A stretch of DNA of 64,000 nucleotides from Octopus sinensis (Eukaryota): NCBI RefSeq assembly GCF_006345805.1, contig NC_043013.1, positions 27,342,001 through 27,406,000 of the forward strand. Reading direction: 5' to 3'. A model generated the notes under the pieces. The model worked only from the letters and a program-made list of their open reading frames with translations. It was not told the DNA's origin and ran no database searches. Shown in pieces: positions 63,211 through 64,000 of the stretch; the stretch's first letter is position 1, and each line of letters opens with the position of its first letter. A program made the position numbers and the translations under genes.

Positions 63211-64000
63211 CTGTCAAAGAAAAATTAAAGAAAAAATAATGAGATAGAAAAGCATTGTTTTATTTATTATTATATCAATATTACAAATTGTTTATTACCA
63301 AGAAATTTATTACGTATGCAATATTTAATCCTTCAGTTTAATATTTAGAATGCATTCATTGATGTGTTTAAGAATATTTTAAGATGTTCTATATTTTACT
63401 TGTAATAGAAAAAAAAAAGTTTTGCCAAGAAATTGTGAAAACCACTCAAATCTCGAAAAGCAGCTACATGTGGTTTTTGCGAGCCACATGACGGACAGCA
63501 GATCTGAACTGTGAAAATAAATTATGCAGGCTTCACTAATAATAGTTTGGAGAAAAAAAATTAGAGAATGGATAGTATTGTTATATGTTGCAACAAAAGT
63601 ATTCGTTCTACATATGTTAACCTTCAGGATTCTGAAAACCAATAATACCAGCTCACATAGCTTCAAATAATTGTAGCTCATAACGAAACAGCATTAATAG
63701 AAAGAAGAAAAAAGTAACCAACATGAAACCAGCGATTCATTTGACATCGTGGTTCTGAAAACTGGCTGCATTCTCAAACTTTCAAGCGTAATACAAAGAA
63801 ATGTCTCTAAATTTCTGTAGCCAAAGTATATTTTCAACTCGATCAACTGAAGGAACTAATATATACTTTGCCAGTGACAGCTTGTAAACCAAAGACTATA
63901 AATCTAGTAGTTTAACCACAAAGTGAGCTATATCGCTATATGATCGCTGTAGGCGAGTGATTTTTGCAAATGACAATAAAAATTCATTCTGACTTTAACC

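Overview
AT-rich, repeat-dense animal genomic DNA. The SINE and LINE families suggest an octopod cephalopod (inference, not verified). There are two protein-coding genes, both on the minus strand. (1) A complete 7-exon mitochondrial poly(A) polymerase gene (MTPAP-like, 23454->7043, 503 aa, all GT-AG introns with matching phases). (2) A large C2H2 zinc-finger gene with about 32 fingers and a PLDLS motif. Its roughly 6.5-kb coding exon (53219->46740) is broken by a single -1 frame change at a T4 run (48317-48320), and it has a probable terminal exon at 35948->35892. Introns and intergenic DNA hold tRNA-derived SINEs, RTE and CR1/L2 LINE remnants, a decayed Tc1 with long IR/DR terminal repeats, a DD37D (maT) element, hAT/pogo/piggyBac-type MITEs, a solo LTR and a SINE-derived 45-bp minisatellite. 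The most striking observation is a 112-bp segment in an MTPAP intron (15860-15971). It is a gap-free copy of the Tc1 right terminal repeat plus its unique flank (45811-45922), fused to the truncated end of an RTE-type retro-insertion. Eight of its 10 differences from the source are A-to-G on the transcribed strand. This is the pattern expected if an ADAR-hyperedited pre-mRNA fragment was reverse-transcribed back into the genome.
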